64,000 bases of DNA from a virus. Below, piece after piece: positions 11,401 through 20,732 of the stretch (its first letter is position 1; each line of letters begins with the position of its first letter). The stretch spans positions 1 to 64,000 of the IMG/VR virus record IMGVR_UViG_3300045918_000320. One strand, given 5' to 3'. A model generated the notes under the pieces. The model was not told the origin of the DNA. It made no database searches and saw nothing but the letters and a program-made list of their open reading frames with translations. The translations under genes and the position numbers were made by a program.

Positions 11401-11729
11401 AAGTTACCTTTAGTTTCTATTGATTTAATTCTTGTTATTGTATTGGGTTGATTAAAATTACCAGCAAAATCAGTAAAAGTACCAGAAGCGTTATCATAAG
11501 CTATTGTACTCCCAACATGTCTTAATATTCTTGATTTATATTTTAATAATTGTTTAGCCGGACTAGCCATTATTTCAGAATAATATTTTATACCTCTTCT
11601 AGGTTCTAAAATACCTTCTCTATTTATTACTGTATTATTTGCTTTAAGTAAACTACCTTCTGGAACAGAAGCTAGATTGTTAAAATATGTATATAACCCT
11701 TTCGGTGTTAATGTGAGAGTTTTTGACAC
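8496..11729 (-). CDS. Tail nozzle / tail tubular protein B-like
   Basis: 1077 aa, beta-rich. N-terminal GL...PEGSLLKANN...GILEPRRG and IYFSKQDEPESVP are typical of podovirus nozzle (P22 gp10/T7 gp12-like) proteins. Confidence 0.7.
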   Translation of the reverse strand: MSKTLTLTPKGLYTYFNNLASVPEGSLLKANNTVINREGILEPRRGIKYYSEIMASPAKQLLKYKSRILRHVGSTIAYDNASGTFTDFAGNFNQPNTITRIKSIETKGNLYFTSDIGVQKLSAKSASDFTTSSIKEAGGVVSIGAKALLIYDELGFVPSNQKTAYKITWAYKDTNDLFIEGIPSNSVTVENFTTENNASAQLEIFIPYEVTNTDFIFRVFRCELKDVNGELSDEYNLVFEGNPTSGELSAKKLFYVDRLSEDFRLGGTPLYTNPISGGGINSANFKPPFAVDVELFNNHVFYANTRLRHFKEISLQDVTDFTTGVSNFIISDGTNTETYVFVGSAEVSTIAVNAYGFITNQSYFFLNSANNETKYFVWFDKSGSTVEPVTAETYGRVGIKVDISSLSADITSASVAAKVVLAVQAVAPYDFTINNVGGTITVANTYNGYADATADSTISAYKTHFTFNTTQNGDGENASLFEVFLSDDPIDSSAVQATAQSLVRIINQNPNSIVTAQYISGTNDSPGKILLIRKTLVDTAFITTTTDTTIATAFYPNLSADPKSESSSSQSVNAIYFSKQDEPESVPLLNVILVGSSDAPILRIKALRESLFIFKTDGLFRLSGFSSSDFTVSLFDNTILLKVPDSVAVLNNEIYYYGTQGVAKVSEVGKDVISKPIQDKLLPFITTSPVLAEVGFGIAYETDRSYMLWTVLTKNDTVAKIAYRFNVETGCWTSWQISKTCAVLNNDNDTLYFGSGDANVIEIERKNFDRMDYADREILVSLPTLSTNGNIIKPSGASQMEAGDVLIQTQYITIARFNQLLKMLDIDVFLSEGHSAMYPDFSPLPGENLASRITSLVNELNVRDTSSFTDTWGNTSYVFSGTNNVVTIQTEWNKIVDRLNQSPTVFFSNYPKSTGSVNFEGIITARNISNNDIYLKYSLPFLEGDITLYKAIATEVEYVPQHGGDPINFKQFSTAQAVFEYRSFFLAKLGFNSDLSTDFEYIDFSLNSAGNFGDFVFGDGAVWGGAGDKAPLRTYIPRKKQRSRFIGARFQHTGALETYSLYGIAITFNEYSDRAYK

Positions 11730-11739
11730 TAGTCACTCC

Positions 11740-12705
11740 TTAAAAAATACCTCTAGAAAATCGACCACGGATATTTCTTAATACTCCACGGTTTACAATT
11801 TTATGAACAGCACCTTCTACTCTATCATCTAAAAGTACACCAGATTTACTTTCCATATCTTGTAATTTAGCATTAGCATTAGTTAACCCTTGAGTATCCC
11901 CAATTGCTTCTAAAACTCTACAAGCTACTCTTTGAGCTAGTACTGGATGTAATTCTGTAGGAATATTTGGTACGCAAGTTTCCCCAGCGACAGAGATACT
12001 ATCTCCAACAATTAAATCTTTAGGAATGTCTGTAGGATTTAAAGTTATAGTTTTTGTAGCTAAGTTGATATCAGTAACAGATACATCAATTTTTATAATA
12101 CTGTGAGGAGAACGTACTCTTATAAAGTCAAATTGTTGATCTGCACTGAAAGTACTTGGAACACTAGTTAAAACTAATTGTCCTGAAGTTCTATCTATAG
12201 ATTTAATTGAGCCTACCATATTATCTTTTACTAAAGAATTTGGTCGCATATAGTAATAAAATACTAAAGATCCTACTACGCCTTGGTTATTATTTATTTC
12301 AGGGTATGGAATAATATCCGATCCCTTAACATAAAATTGTCTCATAAATCCAAATTGACGAGATAAACCTATGCCGATATATTTTTCGTCTAGATTTACT
12401 TGAGTCATTTCAAATTCATTAGATCCATCCCAATAGCTTACTTCATTTAATTTACTTCCTAAAGCTCTTTCAGGAATTGTATAGTTTGGTTTACCTGTTT
12501 CAAGAGGTACAATTTCACTATAAATTAAATAATTATCTTTCATCTGTAAAATAGTAGGTACTAATCCAATTAACATTTCTTCATTTAAAAATGAAATTAA
12601 ATCGTCATCGGAAAATGCGATCTGAGCACTTGGGATCATACAACGCATTTTTATAGATGCTAATAATTTATTAGTAGTAAGAGATGCTTTTGAAGCATTG
12701 CCCAT
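11740..12705 (-). CDS. Head-tail adaptor / tail tubular protein A-like
   Basis: N-terminal helices FSDDDLISFLNEE, YTIP motif, IPTELHPVLAQRVA near the C-terminus; immediately upstream of the nozzle gene. Confidence 0.65.
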   Translation of the reverse strand: MGNASKASLTTNKLLASIKMRCMIPSAQIAFSDDDLISFLNEEMLIGLVPTILQMKDNYLIYSEIVPLETGKPNYTIPERALGSKLNEVSYWDGSNEFEMTQVNLDEKYIGIGLSRQFGFMRQFYVKGSDIIPYPEINNNQGVVGSLVFYYYMRPNSLVKDNMVGSIKSIDRTSGQLVLTSVPSTFSADQQFDFIRVRSPHSIIKIDVSVTDINLATKTITLNPTDIPKDLIVGDSISVAGETCVPNIPTELHPVLAQRVACRVLEAIGDTQGLTNANAKLQDMESKSGVLLDDRVEGAVHKIVNRGVLRNIRGRFSRGIF

Positions 12706-12728
12706 ATAGTATCCTTTTAGTATCTATT

Positions 12729-13115
12729 TTAACAATTAATTTTTTTAGCTTTTAATTCTGCAAGTTGCTTTTCTAATTCAGCAATTTTTGAATCATCAGA
12801 ATCGCCTTCCATAGATTCGTCTTCGCCTAATTCTTCTTCGGGAGATTCCAAAGATTCTTCATCAGAAGATTCTTCTAGAGGATTTTTAGAAACTATGCCT
12901 TTAGCCATTTCTAAACCTTTTTCTAATCCGGCTTTATTTGGAGCTGCTACAGAAACTTTTTTTAAGCCTCCTATATCTTCAGCCATTCCGCCTTTTAACA
13001 TATCCATAATTCCTTGAACAACAGATTTTTTAGCATCTAAATGTTTTTGGTCTACTGGATTTTTTGATTGCTCTGCAGCTTTCTTTTTTAATAAGTCAAT
13101 AAATTCTTTTTCCAT
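12729..13115 (-). CDS. Hypothetical late protein with acidic tail
   Basis: AGGAG SD and a late promoter at 13136-13152. Confidence 0.6.
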   Translation of the reverse strand: MEKEFIDLLKKKAAEQSKNPVDQKHLDAKKSVVQGIMDMLKGGMAEDIGGLKKVSVAAPNKAGLEKGLEMAKGIVSKNPLEESSDEESLESPEEELGEDESMEGDSDDSKIAELEKQLAELKAKKINC

Positions 13116-13135
13116 ACATTCTCCTACAAATGTTT

Positions 13136-13152
13136 CTATATATAGTTGTTAT
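13136..13152 (-). promoter_or_regulatory. Late promoter motif variant (ATAACAACTATATATAG)
   Basis: One mismatch to the TTAACAACTA core; upstream of 12729..13115. Confidence 0.7.
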
Positions 13153-13153
13153 T

Positions 13154-13591
13154 TTAGCGGTTTATGGCTAAATCTTTTAAATAATTATCTATCTCTAAAG
13201 GGGTAGTATCATCCGTTACCCAATCTAATTTCAATGCTTTACCTACAAATTCAGAACAAATAAACTGACTATTGTCGTTTTTTGAAAATAATTTAATGCC
13301 AATTAGGAATTTTGTAGCTATGTTTAGTATTTGTTTATACGAATATGGCTTTCCTAATTGTTTTTTTACAAATTCAAAATCTACAGATTCGTCGGAAATC
13401 TCGTATTGGTGGATTATTTCATTTTCTACTAAAAAATTATCCATATGCATACAGTTTACAAATCCGTGAGAAGCTTGGTATACTAAATCGTCTTTAATAA
13501 TTAAAACATGAGAAAAACTAGTATTTTGATAAAATTTTATTAAGGCTGCACCAATTTTAAATTTTTTAGGACTAGATGTTGCTATAATCAT
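13154..13591 (-). CDS. Permuted papain-like (YiiX/NlpC-P60 type) amidase/peptidase
   Basis: N-terminal FSHV His, LGKPYSY, C-terminal FICSEFV Cys, TP motif. Confidence 0.75.
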   Translation of the reverse strand: MIIATSSPKKFKIGAALIKFYQNTSFSHVLIIKDDLVYQASHGFVNCMHMDNFLVENEIIHQYEISDESVDFEFVKKQLGKPYSYKQILNIATKFLIGIKLFSKNDNSQFICSEFVGKALKLDWVTDDTTPLEIDNYLKDLAINR

Positions 13592-13992
13592 AAACCGTTC
13601 TCCTGTTCAAATAAATTAACTTTAAGGATAACGCTATCAAATATATCTGAATGGCTCGTATAAGCCAATTTAAGTTGTCCTAAAGCACTTCTAGCTGTAC
13701 CTAGTGCTCCTGTTTCCAATAAAGCTCTAATTGGAGCTAAATTAGTTAGCATAGAAGTAACCTGACTAGAAGTTAAAGATAATATTTTATTTCTAGCTCC
13801 TAAAAGCTCTATACAATCATTAGATAAGGTTAATCCAAATTCTCTTTTCTTTTTTGCTAATATTCTTTCTGTAAATTCTGATTCAGATACAATTTCAAAT
13901 TTTAATAAATTATTATCTTGGCAGAATTGAATAGCTTCTGCTTTATCTATGAATTCTATTTTACAATTTTCAAATATTAGTAAATATTTCAT
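13588..13992 (-). CDS. Hypothetical protein, possible fibre assembly chaperone
   Basis: Directly follows a large fibre gene. Confidence 0.45.
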   Translation of the reverse strand: MKYLLIFENCKIEFIDKAEAIQFCQDNNLLKFEIVSESEFTERILAKKKREFGLTLSNDCIELLGARNKILSLTSSQVTSMLTNLAPIRALLETGALGTARSALGQLKLAYTSHSDIFDSVILKVNLFEQENGL

Positions 13993-13994
13993 TA

Positions 13995-16900
13995 TTACCT
14001 AATTGTCGTATATAATTTTTGTAAATCATAATAATCTACATCTATAGCTTTTGCTGCGGCATTTGTAGAGCCTGAATTCATTTTTACCATTGGAGCCATT
14101 ACAATGGCAGTAGGTAAATTTGTATTAATAGTTCCTATATAAGTATTATTTAAATAAAAGTATGCTACTGTTCCTGCTGCATTTACTATAAAACTTGCTT
14201 TATACCAAGTACCTGCCACTACTTGTACTGTAGTATCTAATGTTGTAGTTGTAGCAGCATTAGATGAGAATGCAAAAATATTAGCTGCAGTAGCTGCGGT
14301 TCCTTGGTAAGAAAAGCCAATTGCATTTAAAGGATTTGTTCCCGGAGTTACGTTTGTAGCTGCGTTTAATAATCCTCCACAATAAGATAACTGATTTGCT
14401 GCAGTTCCACCGATTGCTGGAAAAGATATTCTCTGTTCACAAAAAGTTACACTATTATTTAATAATATTTGAGAAGCTGTCCCTAAGTTTAAAGCACCTG
14501 CTGTAGCATTACCTGTACCAGTATTTACTCTTATTACTCCATTAGATGCTCCTGCAGACACTTGATATGCTACTGTACCTGATGTTATTGTCCATCCTAA
14601 AGCACCAATTTGATTTGTTGTAGCAGATGCTGATACAAAATCATCATATAGTCTAAAACTACCATAATCTATACCATAAGTTCCAATATTCCAAATTCCA
14701 GCAACTGAAGTATTATCTACTAAAATAGCTTTTATCTCTTTTGTTGGAATTATAAAAGATTGAAAAGTTCCAGCAGCATCTTTTAAATTAACTAATGGAT
14801 CTGATTTATTTACAAAATAAAAAGTATCTCCTAAAGTTAAAGTTGTAGCGTCTGGTAGAGTTACTACTTGTCCTCCTACAGTTCCTACAAATATTTTACC
14901 TTTATTACTTGCTGAAGTTAAAGCTAAAGTAGAAGCAGATACCGTTACAGAATCCCAAACTAAAGAACTTCCTCCTCCTGATGGAGTGGCTGGCGACCAA
15001 GTAGAACCGGTATAAGTCAATACTTGTCCTGTACTAGGTGCTGTAGCTGAAATTGCTACACCTTTAATTTTATCTACTGTAGATGCTCCTAAAGTTCCAG
15101 AAACATCTCCAGCTATAGTTTTAGCTGTATCTGCAGTGTTATTTACGTTACCTAAACCTACTGAAGTAGAATTTAAAGTTTGCCAAGATTTATCACCTCG
15201 CCAATATTGAGCTGTAGTACCTGCGGTGATACTAGCCTCTTTACTATTTAGAGCAGTTTGAGTAGCTGTAGAAATAGGTTTATTTAAATCACTTGTATTA
15301 TCAACATTGCCTAAACCTACAGATGTTTTATCTAAAGTTTGGAATGTTTTATCTCCTCTATAGTATTGAGAAGTAGTTCCAGCCGTAATTGTAGGTTCTT
15401 TTGCATTTAACTGAGTTTGTATCGCTGATGTTACTCCTGATACATTAGCTAATTCTGCAGAAGTTACTGTAGATATAGCTACTTTACCAGAAGCATCAGA
15501 TACTAAAGCTCTAGATACTGTTAAATTAGAACTAGTAATTGTTGTTGCAGCTCCAGTTATTGCATCTTGTTTTCCGTTCCACGTAGTTTTTTCTGTATCT
15601 GTTACGAATCTGTGGTTTGCATCTTGAGTAATATTTGCTGGATTAGTAGTATCTATATTTACAACATTTCCTAAACCGACATCTGATTTTGTAATTCCTG
15701 TAGGAGTAGTGATACTAGGGGAGCTTAGTGTAGCTCCTGATGCTCTAACAAAATTACCAGTACCTGTGCCGGTATATTCTGTTTGAGTAAGGTGATATTG
15801 TTGTCCAGTAGTACCCCCTTGTAATCCTCCCAAGTCATTATGAGCTAGGATTAGTGGAGTTTCTACATAAGAATAATGAGTAGTACCTGAATGTACAAAA
15901 GATAAAGTTACTGGAGTTGAGGTAGAATGGCTAGCATATAATTTAAATACTAGTCTATCAGTAGCTGCTACTGTAAATGTAGGTTGAGCTGTAGTTAGTG
16001 TATATTTACTTACAGCAGTATTAGTTATATTTACACTAGGAGTAGTAAATAATAAAGTTTCTACTCCAGCAGTAGTTCTAGAGTAAACAGAAAGATTTAT
16101 AGAGGTAGTACCAGAAAGGGAACTAACGTATGAATAAATATTAAAATTCCAAATACCGGCATCAACTGTAGTTTTATGAAAAGGAACGTCTGAAATATAA
16201 GGATCAACTAATATAGGGCTAGTAGTGCTATCTACAGATACAGATTCTATAACTTCTGCGACATTATCTGGAGTTTTTTGCATATAGTCGTATCCAGAAA
16301 CATCAGAGGCAGTAGCTGTAAAGAAATAGGCTACTCCGGCTCCGGCTCCAGTTACTGCTCCAGCTCCGTTAATCCAAGCTACACCGTTCCATTTTAAAAC
16401 TTCATCTAATTGCGGAGAAGATACCGAAAAATCTGTTAAATAACTTGTATCTATTGTATGAAATGTTTTATCACCTCTAAAAAATTGAGAAGTGGTTCCT
16501 GAAGTTATACTATTTTCTTTTCCATTTAATGCTGTTTGAGTAGCAGTGCTAATTGGTTTATTTAAATCAGAAGTATTATCTACGTTTGCTAAACCTACAG
16601 CAGTTTTATCTAATGTCTGCCAAGATTTATCACCTCTCCAATATTGAGCTGTAGTACCAGTAGCTATTGGAGCTTCTTTGCTATTCCAAGTAGTTTTTTC
16701 TGTATCTGTTACGAATCTGTGGTTTGCATCTTGAGTAATATTAGAGGCTACTGTAGCATCTACATTAGGTACATTTCCTAATCCTACTGCAGCTTTATCT
16801 AAAGTTTGAAATGTTTTATCACCACGAAAATACTGAGAAGTAGTTCCGGATGTGATTGTCGGCTCTTTACTATTTAAAGCAGTTTGGGTAGCCGTGCTTA

Positions 16901-17315
16901 TAGGTTTATTTAAGTCAGAAGTATTGTCAGCATTTCCTAAACCTACTTGAGATTTAGTTACTGAGTGAGGATTGCTTGTATTTGCAATATGAGTATCAAT
17001 TTGAGTATGTGAATTTGTTCCAATATTTTGTAATAGAGAATGATCAATACCTGTAGCATCTACATCATATGTAATTGTGTTAGCTGGATCGTTATAAGTA
17101 GCTACTACTGTAGTAGAGTTTGCGGTCATTGCTCCTACAATATCTTGTACATTTTCTGTAGTAAGAGTAGTTCCGGGAGTAGCGTAAGTTGTAACTGTAC
17201 CGGCATCATCTACAGTTTCTATAGCATTTGTAGTGCTGCTAATATAAATTGAAACTTCTCCTGCATCAGGAAGTAAAGTTGGAGTCGCTTGTTTTTTAAC
17301 TACTATATCAGACAT
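13995..17315 (-). CDS. Tail fibre protein with internal repeats
   Basis: Thr/Ser-rich; repeated GLGNVDNTSDLNKPISTATQTALN, GTTSQYxRGDK and ITQDANHRFVTDTEKTTWN modules. Confidence 0.8.
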   Translation of the reverse strand: MSDIVVKKQATPTLLPDAGEVSIYISSTTNAIETVDDAGTVTTYATPGTTLTTENVQDIVGAMTANSTTVVATYNDPANTITYDVDATGIDHSLLQNIGTNSHTQIDTHIANTSNPHSVTKSQVGLGNADNTSDLNKPISTATQTALNSKEPTITSGTTSQYFRGDKTFQTLDKAAVGLGNVPNVDATVASNITQDANHRFVTDTEKTTWNSKEAPIATGTTAQYWRGDKSWQTLDKTAVGLANVDNTSDLNKPISTATQTALNGKENSITSGTTSQFFRGDKTFHTIDTSYLTDFSVSSPQLDEVLKWNGVAWINGAGAVTGAGAGVAYFFTATASDVSGYDYMQKTPDNVAEVIESVSVDSTTSPILVDPYISDVPFHKTTVDAGIWNFNIYSYVSSLSGTTSINLSVYSRTTAGVETLLFTTPSVNITNTAVSKYTLTTAQPTFTVAATDRLVFKLYASHSTSTPVTLSFVHSGTTHYSYVETPLILAHNDLGGLQGGTTGQQYHLTQTEYTGTGTGNFVRASGATLSSPSITTPTGITKSDVGLGNVVNIDTTNPANITQDANHRFVTDTEKTTWNGKQDAITGAATTITSSNLTVSRALVSDASGKVAISTVTSAELANVSGVTSAIQTQLNAKEPTITAGTTSQYYRGDKTFQTLDKTSVGLGNVDNTSDLNKPISTATQTALNSKEASITAGTTAQYWRGDKSWQTLNSTSVGLGNVNNTADTAKTIAGDVSGTLGASTVDKIKGVAISATAPSTGQVLTYTGSTWSPATPSGGGSSLVWDSVTVSASTLALTSASNKGKIFVGTVGGQVVTLPDATTLTLGDTFYFVNKSDPLVNLKDAAGTFQSFIIPTKEIKAILVDNTSVAGIWNIGTYGIDYGSFRLYDDFVSASATTNQIGALGWTITSGTVAYQVSAGASNGVIRVNTGTGNATAGALNLGTASQILLNNSVTFCEQRISFPAIGGTAANQLSYCGGLLNAATNVTPGTNPLNAIGFSYQGTAATAANIFAFSSNAATTTTLDTTVQVVAGTWYKASFIVNAAGTVAYFYLNNTYIGTINTNLPTAIVMAPMVKMNSGSTNAAAKAIDVDYYDLQKLYTTIR
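15583..16742. repeat. Identical 53-bp direct repeat inside the fibre gene (15583-15635 and 16690-16742)
   Basis: gtagttttttctgtatctgttacgaatctgtggtttgcatcttgagtaatatt occurs at both positions. Confidence 0.85.
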
Positions 17316-17551
17316 AATTGACCTCTTATAATTAAAGTTCCCTCTACTCTAATTCTTCGTTTAACTATCATTTGTTGATTAATTGGTATTGTAACTGTGG
17401 TACTAGCTGGTACATTATTATATGAGAAATTGTCAGAGTCTCCAGTTCCAGTAAACCCTATATGAGTAAGAGCATTTGATAAATCATATTCAGTAGGAAT
17501 ATCTAATTCCACTCCGTCTACTTCTAATACTGCTACTTTAATTGTTCCCAT
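17303..17551 (-). CDS. Small fibre-associated protein
   Basis: AAGGA SD; C-terminal TVTIPINQQMIV...VEGTLIIRG beta pattern. Confidence 0.55.
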   Translation of the reverse strand: MGTIKVAVLEVDGVELDIPTEYDLSNALTHIGFTGTGDSDNFSYNNVPASTTVTIPINQQMIVKRRIRVEGTLIIRGQLCLI

Positions 17552-17559
17552 TTTTATCC

Positions 17560-17590
17560 TTTAAAAGAAGCCTCGTATTTCTACGAGGCC
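17560..17590 (-). terminator. Intrinsic terminator after 17621..19105
   Basis: GCCTCGTA-tttc-TACGAGGC stem followed by a U-rich run on the minus strand. Confidence 0.6.
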
Positions 17591-17620
17591 CTTACTTACC
17601 CCCCGAAAAGAGTAAGGTGA

Positions 17621-19105
17621 TTAAGCGTTCTTTTTAACGTGAGATACATTTAAGATCAAATCTGTTGCATTTTTAGCTTCACCAGCTAACCATACGTTGT
17701 TACCAGATCCACTTGGAATAGAAGTTGATAAAGCACTTCCTGTCCAGTAATATTTTGCACCTGCAGTAGCACTAGTTAAAACACCAGCACAAATAGATTC
17801 AACTGCTTTTACGTAAACAATTTGACCTACAGTAACTGCATTCATTGCTATACCTATAGCTTGAGTGTTGTTAGCTAAAGTTGAGTATACAGATACAGTA
17901 TCGTTTGCTGACATATAAACTAATTGACCTTTAGCAATTGTTCCACCAGCAGTATAAGGTTGACCTACACTTGCAGCAGCAGCAGCTAATTGTTGTAAAG
18001 CAGCTTCTACGTTATCAGTAGAAAAAAAAGATCCAGCATCTGCAATTGGCATATCAACAGCAGAAACTTGTCCTGCTCCTGTACCAAAATCAATCATAGT
18101 ATCTTTAATACCTAAAGCTTTTACTCGTAAAGTATCAACATTTATTTCGATAGAAGAAGCATCTACATTTACTGATAGTACTCCTGAAGAAAATCCTAAT
18201 CCAGCTCCGGCAGCAGAAGAGTCAATTTGAATATCATTACCTACTTTTACTAATCCAGTAGACGCCGTAATAGAATCAGCAGCATTAAAGAATACAAAGT
18301 TAATTGCATCTGTACCAATTGTTACTACTGTACCTTGTTGTACAAAAGCTTTACCAGCGTTAGAACCTAATTGAACAGCAGTATACGCACCATTGATTTC
18401 GTCAATTGGAGTAATAGCATCAAAATCAGTAGCTCTAACTGGAGCACCTGAAGCTTGAACGATATAGATACCATTTTCAGCAGGAGCAACTTGATCCTTA
18501 ATTAAAATACGCACTCCAGCTACTAAAGTTACAGTATCTACTACTTGACCAGCAGCAAAAGACGTAGCTAAAGTTCCAGCTACTACAGTAGCAACAGAAA
18601 CAGCAGCTTTTGGCTTAAGACCTTGTTGGTAAGATTGTAAAGTTTGTAAATTAACAGCATCTGTACCTGTAGATGGATCTGCTAAGTTAGTTAACTTAAA
18701 TCCGCCCATAGATTGAGCACCTGTAAATGCTCTAGTACCATCAGCTTTAGTATAGATAGTGTGGTCATCATCACCTAATCCAGCTAAAGTTCCGTGATCT
18801 AATGCAGCGTTTAAAACTGAAGTATTAATCAATGAATTGATATACCCAGCAGCATCAGTTTGAACAGGTTTTGAAGCATCAGCTACTCCAGCAGAAGATG
18901 AAATAAATTCATTTTCTCTGAAATAACGAGCATCATGAATGTGTTCGTCTGCAGCATCAGCACCATCAACTAAGTGACCTAACTTTGTATCAGTTAGTTC
19001 TTTTGTTGCAGTTTTAAATGATGCAAGTTGTAGAGAGTCCGTTGCAGCCGAGGCTTCTTGATCGAAACCGTCTGCGTTTTTGTAAATTACCTTAATATCA
19101 GCCAT
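17621..19105 (-). CDS. Fibre/decoration protein
   Basis: RILIKDQ..AENGIYIV motif common in phage fibre proteins; HGTLAGLGDDDH motif; C-terminal cement-like domain. Confidence 0.7.
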   Translation of the reverse strand: MADIKVIYKNADGFDQEASAATDSLQLASFKTATKELTDTKLGHLVDGADAADEHIHDARYFRENEFISSSAGVADASKPVQTDAAGYINSLINTSVLNAALDHGTLAGLGDDDHTIYTKADGTRAFTGAQSMGGFKLTNLADPSTGTDAVNLQTLQSYQQGLKPKAAVSVATVVAGTLATSFAAGQVVDTVTLVAGVRILIKDQVAPAENGIYIVQASGAPVRATDFDAITPIDEINGAYTAVQLGSNAGKAFVQQGTVVTIGTDAINFVFFNAADSITASTGLVKVGNDIQIDSSAAGAGLGFSSGVLSVNVDASSIEINVDTLRVKALGIKDTMIDFGTGAGQVSAVDMPIADAGSFFSTDNVEAALQQLAAAAASVGQPYTAGGTIAKGQLVYMSANDTVSVYSTLANNTQAIGIAMNAVTVGQIVYVKAVESICAGVLTSATAGAKYYWTGSALSTSIPSGSGNNVWLAGEAKNATDLILNVSHVKKNA

Positions 19106-19133
19106 TCTTTCCTCCTATTAGTAGTGTATAGCT

Positions 19134-19150
19134 ACAATACTAGTTGTTAA
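19134..19150 (-). promoter_or_regulatory. Late promoter motif (TTAACAACTAGTATTGT)
   Basis: Exact TTAACAACTA core, overlapping the stop of 19147..19488 and upstream of an AGGAGG SD. Confidence 0.7.
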
Positions 19151-19488
19151 TCTATAATTTCTCCAGTATTGGGATTGTAACTGAATTTATCACTTTCTAG
19201 CTCGTGATTTTTCATAATATCTCCCATAGCCGCAGTATATAAAGCCTTTTCCTGCGAGTATTTATGGTGACATTCTCCCACTACTCTTTTTTGTCTTTCT
19301 ATTTGAGCTTCCATAAGCTTGTATTCTAAAATCATATTCTTAAGTAACTGTTCTTCTACTGCCATTTTTAATTTAGCATTTTCTATAGTTAAAGGCATAG
19401 TTTCTACTTTTAGCCTTTCGTCTATTGTTAAAACTTTACTTACTGGTTCTTCTTGTACTTCTTGCTGTCTTTTACTTACTTTTGCCAT
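19147..19488 (-). CDS. Hypothetical coiled-coil protein
   Basis: AAGGAG SD; within the late operon. Confidence 0.6.
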   Translation of the reverse strand: MAKVSKRQQEVQEEPVSKVLTIDERLKVETMPLTIENAKLKMAVEEQLLKNMILEYKLMEAQIERQKRVVGECHHKYSQEKALYTAAMGDIMKNHELESDKFSYNPNTGEIID

Positions 19489-19500
19489 AAAATCTCCTTA

Positions 19501-19932
19501 TTAAATGAATACTGGTCTTAGTGGATTAATAAATACTTCTCCATTTCCGTAAGATCTACCTACTACTGTAGTTGAAGATGCGGCTGGAGTATTAGGTTTT
19601 GTGTCAGTAGTAGCTCCGGCAGTATCTAAAAATATAGTAGAATTTAAAGGAAATACATTAAATGCTGGATCGTTAATTATTCCCATAATTAAAACATCTA
19701 CTAAATTTCCTGCTGTAACATTATTTAAAGCCATACCAACTACAAATGCATCGTCAGGAGTAGTATTATTATTAGCTAATTTTACTTCTCCTATTGCATT
19801 ATAAGATAGTACATCTGTTCTAACTATATCTTCAGCCGCTATTCTCTGAATAACTAAATACGTAGAGCTATCGGCTGTAATAGCATCTGTAAAATCTAAA
19901 GTGCCTGTAAATGGATTCCATCTATAAGCCAT
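19501..19932 (-). CDS. Capsid cement/decoration-like protein
   Basis: AAEDI...VVGMALNNVTAGNLVDV pattern, similar to the C-terminal domain of 17621..19105. Confidence 0.55.
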   Translation of the reverse strand: MAYRWNPFTGTLDFTDAITADSSTYLVIQRIAAEDIVRTDVLSYNAIGEVKLANNNTTPDDAFVVGMALNNVTAGNLVDVLIMGIINDPAFNVFPLNSTIFLDTAGATTDTKPNTPAASSTTVVGRSYGNGEVFINPLRPVFI

Positions 19933-20670
19933 TTATATTTTCCTAACTCTAGTTAATACTCTTTTTGTAGCATCTGAGTATGTTATTTCTATTGTTGTAG
20001 CTAAAGTTGAAGTTAAATAATAAGCATATTGCTCTGTTGTAGAAGTAGGATATACTACTTGTATTTCATCAAATTGAATATTAGATAACAGGGAACCTTG
20101 CATTTTTGTATCAATACTCTGCAAGGAATTATTTCCTGTTACTTGGTTAGCCGATGTAGCCAAAGCTCCAGCACCGCTTAGTACTGCTGTAACACTATCT
20201 TGACTACTATTTAAATTTCTAATATTCTGAGTGTTTGCTGGCTCAGTTTTTTGTTCTAATTCTGTTAGTATAGTATCTTGTTTAGCTAAAATATTATTTA
20301 ATTGTCCAATTTGAATAGACTGATTAAATGCAGAGGCATCTCCTCCCCCAGAAGTTCCCCCGGAGGCTACGTGAAATCCACTACCAATAATTTCTACATA
20401 AGTAGAATTTGAAGAGTATGTAGTACAAGTAATTTCTAGAAAATCAAATAGAGAAATATCAAAAACTACTTCTTGACTACCTACTATTGTTCCTATTAAT
20501 CCAAAAGAATCTTTGCCTTGTATCTTTCCTCTAATTTGAAATATGTTTGTAGATGCAGCATTTATTACCTCAAATTTAGCTTGAGTGTCTTCATCAATAT
20601 CAAATATCCCCAGATTTTTCACTGAGGATACGTATTGATTTATGCCGAATTTACCTGAAGAAGAAGCCAT
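19933..20670 (-). CDS. Structural protein, N-terminal domain paralogous to 22087..22779
   Basis: Both share KFGIxxY...DIxxDT...GxIxGxD...FxxSxxDF...CT...VExxGSGF. Confidence 0.6.
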   Translation of the reverse strand: MASSSGKFGINQYVSSVKNLGIFDIDEDTQAKFEVINAASTNIFQIRGKIQGKDSFGLIGTIVGSQEVVFDISLFDFLEITCTTYSSNSTYVEIIGSGFHVASGGTSGGGDASAFNQSIQIGQLNNILAKQDTILTELEQKTEPANTQNIRNLNSSQDSVTAVLSGAGALATSANQVTGNNSLQSIDTKMQGSLLSNIQFDEIQVVYPTSTTEQYAYYLTSTLATTIEITYSDATKRVLTRVRKI

Positions 20671-20688
20671 TTTAACCCTTAATAATTC

Positions 20689-20705
20689 CTATAAGTAGTT
20701 GTTAA
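20689..20705 (-). promoter_or_regulatory. Late promoter motif TTAACAACTACTTATAG
   Basis: Exact copy, abutting a GGTAGG/CCTACC hairpin that ends the upstream gene. Confidence 0.8.
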
Positions 20706-20732
20706 AGGTAGGTTTTACCCTACCCTAATGGC